A stretch of DNA of 64,000 nt. Source: Octopus vulgaris (taxonomy: Eukaryota). The DNA lies in the NCBI GenBank assembly GCA_951406725.2, contig OX597816.1, forward strand, positions 54,994,001-55,058,000, read 5' to 3'. The position numbers were made by a program, and so were the translations under genes. Shown here piece by piece: positions 51,000-64,000 of this stretch (position 1 is its first letter; every line of letters begins with the position of its first letter). The notes under the pieces were generated by a model, which was given only the letters and a program-made list of their open reading frames with translations, searched no databases and was not told the origin of the DNA.

Positions 51000-53600
51000 T
51001 ATTTACGTTCCAGAAATACTAACAAAACTAGATCAATGCATAAATGTGTTTCTCGTGGGTGATTTGAACCTTTCCAACAGCAAATGGAAGGAAGGCATCA
51101 TAATCTCAGGAATGACAAGCAAAGAGCGCAGCCAAGCAGATTCTCTGCTTGATATCACGGAAATGATGTTCCCTATCCAGTTTGAATTTTGCAAGTTCAA
51201 ACTTTTTGCAAGTCAATTGAAACATAGATACTCCAGCAAAATTGGCAAAAAGCGTCTTTCTATGCAAGACATGAACATGAAGCTTAAAGAATTCATGACA
51301 ATTACGTCATATGCGTTAAATTCGTCCCAGAAAAGAGAGCCAACACATAAATAAACATCATTCTCCTTTCATGATAAGGAGAATAAAGATCTCTAATAAC
51401 TGAAATAAACAACTTAATGTTAGTTCAAGCAGAACGGAACCCAGGTCAAAAACTACTCTCCACTCAGCCAACAAGATAGGATAAAATAAAGCCCAGAGAT
51501 TCATATCCTAGCACACACCTCGTAGAGATCGAAAATAATCTCAGATACTCCTATCAAAAAGAAAGAGAGGAAAGAGAAACCAGTGTGGTGGAAAATATAG
51601 AAATGAATCCTAAAGCCTTCTACAAGGAAGAATCTGTCTCAGTGCTCTACATGATAGGGCCACAGTTTGAAGAGAACGGCTCACTAACTGCAGACCCCAG
51701 GAGGATAAGTGTGCTGCTACATAAAAAATTCCAAAGTGTCTTGATCTCTTCACTGGGAAATATGCAAATAAGCGAGGTCTTATGGATTTTCAACGTTGCA
51801 AATCCACACGGAAAGAGTTGCAACCATCGATTACATCGCCATAAATGAGAAAGATGCAATATTGGCCATTGATGAGATAAGCTCGAACTTATCAACCGAC
51901 CCAGACAGATATCCGGCTGTTCTTTTAAATACATGCAAGAAAGCCCTCGCATCAGAGTTTCCTTGCAGGTTGTAAAATTCCCAAACTATGAAAAGAAGAT
52001 ATGATATGCCCTGTCCATAAACGAGATAGTAGAGGAGATGTTAAAAATTACAGGCCTATCTCTCTAGCTGCACATATTAGCAAGGTCATGAAAAGCATTG
52101 TCAGAAGGTGACTGATCACTTTCCTGGAAGGATTTAACTTAATCACAAACATGCAACGTAGCTTCTGTCCAGGAACAAGCTGCTTCATACAACTACTACA
52201 GTATTGGAAAATTACTATTTTTAAATCTTACGTGAGATATTCAGCAACAGTACTTTGCAGTAAAGATTGTTTGCCAATATATTATGGCAGTCCTAGTTTA
52301 GGACGAATGTTACTGTAATTTAGCCCCAGAGAACATCGTCTCCAGCTGGTTATACGGCACGATCTGTGTCCTTATATTTTCGAACATGGGAATCTAGCAC
52401 CCCCACTCAGCTCAAAACAATATCCCTAAACCAGGACTGCCATGTTATGTTGGCAAACAATTTTTACTACTACAGCACTATGACTGAGTACTAAAACAAC
52501 AACTCAACCTATGTCAATTGTAGATGTGATATTGCTCGATTTTGCCAAAACTATCCTCAAAGTTTGATCATGAGATATGTTACAAACTGCGTGACCTTGG
52601 TGTCACTGGAAAATTAGGAGTGTAGTTGCATGACTTTAAAAATGCCAGAAGTTAGTTGTTGTTAATGGTGCCCTATTTCAGGGGACATCAATTACCAGTG
52701 GAGATCCCCAGGGAACTATACTACTGTTTGTGATGAGTCTGTCAGACATACAGACAGTCACTTTCCCCATCTATACTGATGATACAAAAGTATCAGATCA
52801 AGGTGTTTGATGACATCCTAAGAAACTGCAGAAATACCTGAATGTGACATGAAGGTGGGCTGAAGAAAATAAAGTTCAGTTCAATACTGAGAAGTTTGAA
52901 GCACCCTACTGCCTGCCCGCCAACAGACCACGATCGGAATACACAGGATCGGAGGATAGTGCAATCGTCTGGGAGTCCACATGAGTAATACTGCAACATT
53001 TCATTTGCATATTACCAAGATAGCAACACTGTATCGGAGAGTAGCTGGATGGGTTTTGAGATCATTCAGAACAAAAAAATAAAAGATTACCAAGCTACTC
53101 TGATCGAGAATCTTCGTTGTCAGTTACTTGCTCCTATCTGTGGTCACCGTAGAACGTAAAACTGGTGGTGGAACTCGAGGCAATCCAATGCCATTACACA
53201 AAAAATATTGACTAGCTGAAACAGATGATCCAATCATTAGGAAGAAGGCTTGAAAGATATACAATGACATACATATGGAAGAGCCTTGAAATTGAAAGCT
53301 ATATCAGACACCGGACGGAACGACACTGCATAGTAACAAAGATCTCGTCTCCTCCATTTTAAATAAGGACGCAATATTGCAACAGTCTGGATTTCAAGGG
53401 TCCACAACTATTCAACATTCTGCCAAACGATTTCAGAGATTTTCAAGGTGTAGATATGGAGGTCTTCGAAGAACATCTGAACAAAGTTTTATCTGGGTTA
53501 GCAGATGAGCTCACATCACGGAGGAGGAAAAAAGAGAAGTAGCTCCGTCCAGCTCGCTACTTCATCAGAACCGATACAGAAAAGGAATCACAGTGAAAGA
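51000..53600 (+). mobile_element. Old, decayed CR1-like LINE
   Basis: FLVGDLNL, NPKAFY, NYRPISL, DFAK, YTDDTK remnants across frames. Confidence 0.75.
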
Positions 53601-53958
53601 AGGCTCACACACTTGATTTAAATAAATTATTATTTGGGGACAAAACGCTATTTCAATATTCAATTTTGATAAATATAATTCAGCTAAGGTTCATGCAATT
53701 TTAATTTCTACCACTGTTGTAACCATGCAATAAATAGAAAATATTTTCTATCATCTCCTTTATTATTGTATCTGCTTGATGTGTACTCATAGATGTGTAA
53801 ATGTTTAAAACTTAATTTTAGAGCCAACGTATTAAGTGAAATGCATAAAACATATAATTAGATTAATTATATGTTTGAATATATTAGATTATTATCTTGA
53901 AAACCATCTTTCAACTATAAAAGCCGTTTTTAGTTTCGACTAAAGAAGTATTACTTAC

Positions 53959-54026
53959 CAAATTATAGAACAGCTTGTGGGCATATGTAACCATTTATGG
54001 GGATTCATAGAAAATGAATCTGCATA
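53959..54026 (-). CDS. Gene A exon carrying the PLP Schiff-base lysine
   Basis: ttgcag|YADSFSMNPHKWLHMPTSCSII+TG|gtaagt; 68 nt; NPHKW motif (Lys303 equivalent). Confidence 0.94.
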
Positions 54027-55199
54027 CTGCAAGATATAAATAAAAAGACGGAATGTGAAAACTGATGCACCTTCAAAAAATATTTGAAAGTATCAAATTT
54101 AACATGACACATTGCACCCCAGTTAAACTAGGCTTAATACACCGAAAAAGATGTATCTCATTGTTTACGTTCAGCCTCATTGGCGATTGTAATAATAAGG
54201 ATGCGTACCATTAAAAATCTTTGCTGTTTTTCACTTTTACATATATTTAAAATTCAAATTAATCACATTACTTTGTCAAACTATTTATCGAACCCTCCTA
54301 ATTTAATGCAGCATTAATTGTCTGTCCTTAAGATAAAATTATGTGACACTCTGAAAACTAGTATCATATATAGACTAGATTCAAATCGACGAATGTTTAC
54401 TGTGTTAACATACTGTGGGATTGCTGATTTAGTCTCTGACATTTGGAAAAATGGAAAGGAAGGTGGGATAGTTTACAAGTTAGTTATTACCATTATGTTA
54501 GGTGGATAGTAGCATTTGTCTTATAAGTTTGGCAGCTGGTAACAAGCAGGCGGGCTGTGGTGATGGTGCGGGAGAGTGAGTTTCAGGCAAGCTAGTTTAA
54601 GTCTGTTTGATCGACTAGTCACACACACTGTTTTATTGGTCCTGTGGTGATAGGGGTTCGAAGCAGAACTGAAGCAGTTTGAGTGTTTTAAAGAGCTGCT
54701 TTCTATATGAATGTGTATGAATAAAATATACGTTGTATGAATGTAAGATTTGTGCAGGAAACGAGATACATAGCCTTAAACAGGATCTAACGTAAAATAA
54801 GCTTACTGTTTGAAGTGGCCTGTAACTGATTTCGGCTGAGGGGTTTTATGATGTCGACAAGTAATCTTCACAAGTATCAAAGAAAGTGAGAGAGAGAGAG
54901 CGAGAGAGGGAGAGAGAGAGAGAGAGAGAGACGGGATTGTTATTATTATCTGTTTCTTTATTACCCACAAGGGGTTAAACATAGAGGGGACAAACAAGGA
55001 CAGGCAAACGGATTAAGTCGATTACATCGACCCCTGTGCGTAACTGGTACTTAATTTATCGACCCCGAAAGGATGAAAGGCAAAGTCGACCTCGGCGGAA
55101 TTTGAACTCAGAACGTAACGGCAGACGAAATACGGCTATGGATTTCACCCGGCGTGCTAACGATTCTGCCAGCTCGCCGCCTTCAGATTGTTATTATTA

Positions 55200-56080
55200 T
55201 CATTATTGTTTTGGCTGGGCTCAGGTTCGGTCTTATTCCTTGTAGGAACTATGTGGGTAGGTATCCACAAGTTTTCAACAGTCTTTCAAGTGCTTAGAAC
55301 CCTTCTGATAATCCTTGCTGTCCTTAAGAGACAAACTTTCTGGAGGAGCTCTACTGGGCATTCTATTTCAATTTCCTTAAGCCATTTGTCTATATCTCGG
55401 CTTACTCTTCCCAACGCACCAATTATTACAGCCACGACCTTTATTGTTCTCATGCTCCAAATTCTTCCTATTTCAAGTTTTAAGGGATTGTATTCTCTTT
55501 GTTTTTCTTCCTCTTCCTATACGTTCCTAGAATCAAATGGTCACGATGAGTCGATAAGTAAGCAACTCCGCTTTTCTATATCTATAAGTGTTATATCAGG
55601 TCTATTATTTTCTAAATTCTTGTCCATTTGAATAGAAAAATCTTACATTTCTCCGACCCAGGTACCCTTTCGATTGGTACCATGTGTTTCCAGCTTCAAA
55701 TCCTCATTTCTAGCACAATTTCTGATCACGCCTTGTTCTTGAGCTGCGCATATAAATGCTTCAGTTCCCATCTCCAGGTCACTCCTCCTCATCCATAGCC
55801 ATCTGTGTTCTGTATCTGTCTTCTGTATCTGTTTCGATGCAATCGTAGCAACTGATCACACATATTCAACCCTTTCTTCTGGACAAGTAAAGCCTATCGT
55901 TGTCACTTTTAGTGTGGAAGGCTCCGCGTTCTGTCAACATTTTCTTCATTTTGTATCTGTTTTCATCAGTTCTTTCTTTTGCCATTTTATAATTCCAGCT
56001 CCTTACCGAAGTGGTGCTATCGACCATGTAGTAACTGCTTGGATTTTATCCCATCTGCTTAATTTTGAACACAACATTAA
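55200..56080 (-). mobile_element. Decayed RLE-type LINE 3' fragment
   Basis: AFICAAQEQ, NNRPDI, IGALG remnants; TAA-type tail. Confidence 0.65.
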
Positions 56081-57304
56081 GGTTACAAAAGGTATATGTA
56101 TCACAGCCATATGTGCGTGACATGGTGATTTCATATCAAGCTAAATAGTGCCTGACCTTGCATGTAGAACCCAGTTAGAATTTTCCTCAGTTTGAGTAGC
56201 CCATCATGCTCAAAAGGTCATTGAATAAGGGTTGATAAAGGATGATGAACGACACACCCATGTTTCCAGAGGTGAATTATTCAAATTCCAAAGATTTCCT
56301 CTCAACACATGGCTATAATGATCTGCAACCACTTCTGCTTGTGATCAGAGATGCATGTATCATCAGCCATTGAGGGACCTGCTTAACTGATTAAGGTCAA
56401 ACAACTGACCTGCAAGTCTGTGGTATTGAGCAGAATATTTGCTGTAGCTCATCTTTTATACCAAGGCAAAACATGTACATGATAACACTTCCAATCAGTT
56501 TAGTTCAAAAGCCATGAAAGTTACTGCCTGCTATTGTATCAGATTATCATTATGTTTATCATTATTTTGTTCTATAATTGATATTACTGTTATTATACGC
56601 ATTGTGTCACATCTCTTGCAAAGTTTATATGTGGAATTCCTCCCTCTGAAACTTTTGTATTAATTTCCTACATACCTTTTTCGTAGCTAATGCTTTTTTC
56701 TGTATCTGTTTCAACAAATAAAATTACCATTCAGGTTTAAGCTGTAGGGTGATACACAAGCATTAAATTATCAGTGCATTGTATCGTATGGCTGAAACAG
56801 TAGTAAGCTAATGAAATGCATGACATAATTTCCTTTCCTTTGTCATTTTAATTTCCCATGTGTTTTTGTGTATGTGTGTGTGTGTGTGTGTGTGTGTTTC
56901 TTCTTGCGCGCACGAATGTTTGTGTGTGTGAATAGGTATGTATATACGTACGTATATATACTTATATATGCAAGCATGTGTGTATGTATGTATGTATGTG
57001 TATATGTATGTATGTATGCATGTGTGTATATGTGTGTATGTGTGTATGTATGAGTGTATATGCGTGTTATGTTTCTAAAAAAAAAAATTAAATTAAATGG
57101 ACGTAATTTCCCCCAATTTCTTCTCGATCGAAATTTACCATTATATTTTGAGTGTATCGATGTTTATTTCCGGATTTTTGATGAATGACTAGAAAATTTA
57201 TTTTCATGAAGATTAAAAAAAAAGTGAATATTTAGTTTGCTTTCGACTTTCAGAATTTTTTATGAAAAGACAATTTGGGTTTAATAGCACATTAGTGAAA
57301 CATC

Positions 57305-57670
57305 TGTGGAGGCGCAATGGCCTAGTTGTTAGGGCAGCGGACTCGCGGTTTCGATTCCCAGACCGGGCGTTGTGAGTGTTTATTGAGCGAAAACACCTAA
57401 AGCTCCACGAGGCTCCGGCAGGGATGGTGGTGATCCCTTCTGTACTCTTTCACCACAACTTTCTCTCACTCTTACGTCCTGTTTCTGTTGTACCTGTATT
57501 CCAAAGGGCCGGCCTTGTCACTCTTTGTGTCACGCTGAATATTCCCGAGAACTACGTTAAGGGTACACGTGTCTGTGGAGTGCTCAGCCACTTACACGTT
57601 AATTTCACGAGCAGGCTGTTCCGTTGATCGGATCAACCGGAACCCTCGTCGTCGGAACCGACGGAGTGCT
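57305..57670 (+). mobile_element. tRNA-derived SINE (family 3; related piece ~60210-60470, head also at ~24447)
   Basis: GTGGAGGCGCAATGGCCTAGTTGTTAGGGCAGCGGACT..GTTTCGATTCCC head. Confidence 0.75.
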
Positions 57671-57701
57671 TCCATCCATCCAGTGAAACATCTTATCGCC
57701 T

Positions 57702-57946
57702 CTTTCTGTTGTGTCTTGGAAGAGTCATTTTCTTTTTGTGCCTTATATGATATAACACACTCACCGGTAAAATCTAAGGCATACTCACCGGTAAAATCTA
57801 AGGCATACACACCGGTAAAATCTAAGGCACACTCACCGGTAAAATTATAAGGCACAAAAAGAAAATGACTCTCCCCAGACACAACAGAATATGCTTCAAC
57901 ACACGAACTCATATAAAGAATCTTGCAAACCAAATCCAAAAACGAA
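57702..57946. mobile_element. Short insertion with inverted arms, internal 24-bp x4 repeat and 12-bp TSD
   Basis: ATCTTATCGCCT at 57690-57701 and 57947-57958; arms TCTGTTGTGTC..GAGTCATTTTCTTTTTGTGCCTTATA and reverse complement; unit CACTCACCGGTAAAATCTAAGGCA. Confidence 0.75.
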
Positions 57947-58031
57947 ATCTTATCGCCTGTTTTCGCTAAAATAATGTTTCACACAAACAGATAAATTGAT
58001 TGAAATTTAGTAATGCTTGCTTCTAACTTAC

Positions 58032-58126
58032 CTCTACGCCGTTCATTAGATAATTATATTCGGGACATATTAAAGCATTTCCTGCATATGAAGCCTCGAC
58101 ATGCAACCATATTTTGTGTTCCCGGC
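58032..58126 (-). CDS. Gene A exon (PLP pyridine-binding motif exon)
   Basis: tttcag|(C)[31 protein letters not shown]|gtaagt; 95 nt, phase 1 to 0. Confidence 0.93.
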
Positions 58127-58182
58127 CTGAAAAACAATGCGTTGCCATACAGTTCTGTATTTAAGAGATAAGGAATTATGTA

Positions 58183-59140
<958 letters not shown>

Positions 59141-59956
59141 CGTTGCTATGTTGTGAATATTCATGCTGTAGGAACTTAAGAAAAACTATCAACAGGAACA
59201 CCACAAACAATTAGGAGAATAAGCTTGTAATAATTTTCTATTGTAGAGGTTCTCTTTTGTTTAATTTGAACATGCAGGGATTGGATTGTGAAATAATACA
59301 ATGTGTTTGTAACCGTGCTTTAGAAACTATAATATTCGGTAATATTGACAGTACGTTTTTAGGACCGCCATGCTTAAGGGATATGTTGACTGTGGCCGGT
59401 TAATAACCATAATGTCCTCAACGAAATTTTAATATTAAGAATATAAAAGATTAAAATTTCTAGAGAATATAGCCGTAAAGACGAACAAGTTATAGCTACC
59501 AAAGTAATATAAAGATTAAATATATACCATAGGCGCAGGAGTGGCTGTGTGGTAAGTAGCTTGTTTACCAACCACATGGTTTCTGGTCCAGTCCCACTGC
59601 GTGGCACCTTGGGCAAGTGTCTTCTACTATAGCCTCGGGCCGACCAAAGCCTTGTTACTGGATTTGGTAGACGGAAACTGAAAGAAGCCCGTCGTATATA
59701 TGTATATATATGTATGTGTATGTATGTGGGTGTGTCTGTGCTTGTCCCCCTAGTATTGCTTGACAACCGATGCTGGTATGTTTATGTCCCCATCACTTAG
59801 TGGTTCGGCAAAAGAGACCGATAGAATAAGTACTGGGCTTACAAAGAATAAGTCCCGGGGTCGAGTTGCTCGATTAAAGGCGGTGCACCAGCATGACCGC
59901 AGTCAAAATGACTGAAACAAATAAAAAGAGAAAAAGAGATAATTAAAGCAACTTAC

Positions 59957-60023
59957 ATACAGCACCAAGTTCGTCAATGTTATCAAATGCACACACAGAA
60001 ACTGTACCCAAAGTTGCACAAAT
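59957..60023 (-). CDS. Gene A exon (DDC aa 239-261 equivalent)
   Basis: tttcag|ICATLGTVSVCAFDNIDELGAV+1 nt|gtaagt; 67 nt, same size as the human DDC exon. Confidence 0.93.
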
Positions 60024-61709
60024 CTGAAAAATTAGAAAATTAGAAAATTCTTATAACTTTTCTGTGGTTATTTTTGACAAATTGTTTGACTGAATATCAC
60101 GTACATCGTAAAGGTACATGGATTACTGGTTACGTGAAGGGGCCTAGATACAACGAACACTGTGAAGGTGCATGGATTAGCGGTTACGGTGCTCGGCTTA
60201 TTAGGGTCCTGCTTTAGCTCACAGCCACAAAATGTTGTGGGTTGGGTTAGGTTTAGAGTTACGGCGGTTTTGTGCTGTTGAGCAAGATACTTTATTTTAG
60301 TTGCTCCACTCAAGCCATTTCACATTCTGTGTTCACGCTGAATCTCCTTCAGAACCACGTTCAGTGTACGCATGTCTGTGGAGTGCTCAGTTACATGCAC
60401 ATCAGTTTTGCGAGAGACTAGTTCCGTTTATCGGATCAACTGGAACAGCCATCGTAGTAACCGACGGAGTGCTATTTCTAAAGCATTTTATCATCCTTAT
60501 ATGTGTTAGAGCATCTCTAAAATATGGGCTACGTTCCAAAGTTGTTTGCAAAGATCTGTGGCATAGTCTACACAACATTTACCACTTGTAAGCTGGCAGA
60601 GTCGTTAGTACTCCGGACAAAATGCTTAGCAGCATTTAGTCTGGCTGTATGTTCTGAGCTCAAATTCCGCTGAGGTCGACTTTGTCTTTCTTCATTTTGG
60701 GGAGTGTGTAACATAAGAACCTGTTACACACGGGTGTCAATGTAATCGACTTGCGGCCTCGCCCGACCTTGCTGGCATTGTGCCAAAATTTGAAACCAAA
60801 ATCGTTCAAAGATTCAGTGTTTAACAATTTAAACGTCTTTTACTTCTCCATACATAAAGCTGATCATCTCAACGAAGTGGAGAAAGAAACTTTCGAAAAC
60901 ATTGTCGTCAATAAAGTTTAATATTGTTTTTCTTTCACGTGTCCAGGTGGCTTAAAGTTATTAGTCTAAGGGAAGTAACTTTCGTATAGCTACTATGTTA
61001 GTTATCTCCCTTGACTGCTCTATTTCTAGAGGAGCAAGTATAATTGTTTTCAAGGCGTGTGTTTGTTCTTGAGCAAGCTTGAGAACAAGTTTGCAGTGTT
61101 TTATGGTAAATAACTTACCTTGCCGAAGAATATGGAAGTATTTAATTCGTGTTGTACCAATTCGGCAACGGATTAAAAAAATATATGTTAAAATATAGAA
61201 CCAAACACGAATTGAAAAGAGGAGTGTGCAGTAAAATAGTTCAGGAAAATAATTTCAAAAACATAAACAACTCCGTTGATTCGGAAAATTTCAGTTAGAA
61301 GTCGTCATAAAATGCTGAACGACTGTTTTGTTTGACTGCTTTAACACGTGACTACCACACTGAATAATTCTTCATTCAACTTGAACCGCAGCTTGAAAGC
61401 AGACCCACGCTTATGTATCTATTGCGAGCTGGCAGAAACGTTAGCACGCCGGACGAAATGCGTAGCCGTATTTCGTCTGGCGTTACGTTGTGAGTTCAAA
61501 TTCCGCCGAGGTCGACTTTGCCTTTTATCCTTTCGGGGTCAATAAATTAAGTACCAGTTACGATGTAATCGACTTAATAATCCCTTTGTCTGTCCTTGTT
61601 TGTCCTCTCTTTGTTTAGCCCCTTGTGAGTAGTAAAGAAATATATTGGGGATAGCACATAGCACTCCGAATGTGTGTGAGTTTGTGTGTATGTGTGCATG
61701 TGTGTGTGT

Positions 61710-61741
<32 letters not shown>

Positions 61742-63723
61742 CTGTGTGTGTGCGTGGGGTGGTGGACGTGTGTGTATGTCTGTGTGTGCGTTAGAATCTC
61801 AGCCCCTCCACCACAGTATGAAAATTTGTTTTATCTACTATAATAATAATAACCCTCATCTGAAGTCGCTAAAGATGCAATAAATTGAATTTCTTCTGGT
61901 TTAATAGTTAGCGATATGAAAATGTAGGTAAAATAGAGCTGGTCCCCAAAGTGTTTGTTGTAGCTGTAATTGTTGTAGCAGAATTGGCTGCTGACTCGGT
62001 CATCAACCGTGGGTTGAATTAAGGAGTGGGTGATGCTGGGTCAGTTGTTGTTATTGCTATTATTGTGGTGCTCGTGGTAGCGACGACGATGCTGGTGATT
62101 TTCCTTGCTGCTGTTGAAAACTATGTGAAGAATTGTTGCTGTAGTTAGAGATGGCCTGAGTTTAATGATTGCAACAAGTAAAAGGAAAATAAAAACTTCT
62201 AATATATCGGAAGTTTTGGCTAAGTTAGACGTCAAGAAAGGTGGACCCCCCCCCCCCCCGAAAACTATAAGCATGGGGCTTTTGTCCACTTTCACACTTT
62301 AAGTAGGGGCTTTTGTCCGTAATCGGCTGGCTACGTGGCTGGTGCGCGTGTATGTGCGTGTGTGTCTGTGTGTGTGCGTGACGGTGCAAGCGTGTGTATG
62401 CGTGTTTTTGTGCGTGTGGGGGTTTGTGCATGCGTGTGTATGTGGGTGTGCGCATGGGGAGGGTGCACGCGTGTATGTGTGTGCGCGTGTGTGTGTGTAT
62501 GCGTGCGTGTGTGTGTGCATGTGTGTGTGTGAATGAGTGAGTGTGTATATGTGTGTGTATATGTGTGTGTGTCTATGCGTGTGCATGTATGTGTGTGTGA
62601 GTGAGTGAGTGTGTATATGTGCGTGTATGTGTGTGTGCATGTGTGTGTGTGAGTGAGTGAGTGTGTATATGTGTGTATATGTGTGTGTGTGTGTGTGTGA
62701 GTGAGTGAGTGTGTATATGTGTGTGTGTGCGTGTGCATGTGTGTGTGCATGTGTATGTGCATGTGTGTGTGTGAGTGAGTGTGTATATGTGTGTATGTGT
62801 GTGTGTGTTCATGTGTGTGTGTGAGTGAGTGTGTATATGTGTGTGTGCGTGAGTGAGTGAGTGTGTATATGTGTGTGTATATGTGTGTGTGCGTGAGTGA
62901 GTGAGTGTAAGAGAGGGAGACTGGGGGAGAGAGACTAGACTCAATATGGCTGAATTGTTAAGAAATGCACTTTGCAACATCGATTTACCAAATTCGATCT
63001 CATAGCGTGATATTTCGGCCAAATGTCACTGAGCCAGCCCATGGCTTATGAGTTCAATTAGGTAGATGGAAACTGTGGAGAAGCCCGTCTGATGTATTGT
63101 TCCTGTAATTCAACAGAACCAGCTTCCCATATTTTGTTTCACGCTGGTTATATCCAGTTGAGTAGGACGGCGTTGTGACAAGCCCGGTAGCTACGGGTGC
63201 GAACTCAAGTAAAGCCGACTGCTTGTGCAATAACCTTATGCATGGGTATTTAAGGCGGCGAGCTGGCAGAAACGTTAGCACGCCGGGCGAAATGCTTAGC
63301 AGTATTTCGTCTGCCGTTACGTTGTGAGTTCAAATTCCGCCGTGGTCGACTTTGCCTTTCACCCTTTCGGGGTCGATAAATTAAGTACCAGTTACGCACC
63401 GGGGTCGATGTAATCGACTTAATACCTATGTCTGTCCTTGTTTGTCCCCTCTGTGTTTAGCCCCTTGTGGGTAATAAAGAAATAGGCATGGGTATTGATG
63501 GCAATTTGCATAGGCAATGGTCAGTGATTGCCTTCTTCGGTGATGAGTGGACAGCCATCAATATACGTTTGTATGTATGTATGTAATGTGTATGTGTGTG
63601 TGATTGTTGATACTGATGAGATACCAGATACTGCGTGTGATTTTAGAAAGTGTTATCACATATCCTTAAGGTTATTATCTGTCAAACAACACCAAAGTCA
63701 TTGGAATCATTTTCAAAACTTAC

Positions 63724-63867
63724 ATAAAAAGGAGTTAAACCTTTCGCTTTGTCCTCTTCAACGGCTTTCCTCACATTTTCCCCACGCATCACTCGTTTCT
63801 CGTCCAACTCTATATCTCGGTATTTAACCAGCGCGATTTGAAAAGCCTTCTCAACTGAGCAGTGAGA
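63724..63867 (-). CDS. Gene A (group II PLP decarboxylase, DDC/TDC/HDC family), exon equivalent to human DDC aa 191-238; upstream exons lie beyond the window
   Basis: tttcag|SHCSVEKAFQIALVKYRDIELDEKRVMRGENVRKAVEEDKAKGLTPFY|gtaagt; 144 nt, phase 0; His192 equivalent present. Confidence 0.93.
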
Positions 63868-63923
63868 CTGAAAATACAGACAATTAATGCACACATAATA
63901 AAGAAATCTAACATGCATGTATC

Positions 63924-63960
<37 letters not shown>

Positions 63961-64000
63961 TTCGTTTTGGGATTTGGTTTGCGTTTTGGGATTTGGTTTG

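Noticed and set aside
63607-63659. TGATA-CTGATGA..GAAAGTGT-TATCA beside the first visible gene A exon
   Set aside because: No credible stem II and no UH cleavage site

Overview
AT-rich, microsatellite-dense eukaryotic genomic DNA. The SINE, LINE and microsatellite content looks like a coleoid cephalopod (octopus-like), which is inferred and not proven. Most ORF-track entries are microsatellite artefacts. The real genes are two tandem, minus-strand, intron-rich members of the group II PLP-dependent decarboxylase family (DDC/TDC/HDC-like), reconstructed by hand from GT-AG exons. Gene A contributes its last 8 coding exons (63867->23615, stop codon present). Gene B contributes its first 5 coding exons (16421->3595) and continues off the left edge. 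Exon sizes match human DDC almost exactly, but both copies have unusual active-site residues. Gene A has HVEASY in place of HVDAAY and TLGTV in place of TLGTT. Gene B has Phe79 and D-V-I in place of I101-G102-F103. The introns hold SINEs, CR1-like, RLE (R4/Dong-like) and RTE LINEs, mariners, a Helitron, MITEs, a Gypsy integrase relic inside a multi-kb CTATAG foldback complex, and a tRNA-Leu pseudogene. The most unexpected layer is about a dozen type I hammerhead-ribozyme-like motifs of the Penelope pLTR style. They include one with an intact core on the sense strand of an intron, one with a G3-C8 compensatory core inside a long palindrome, and a tRNA-headed SINE-like element carrying a hammerhead.
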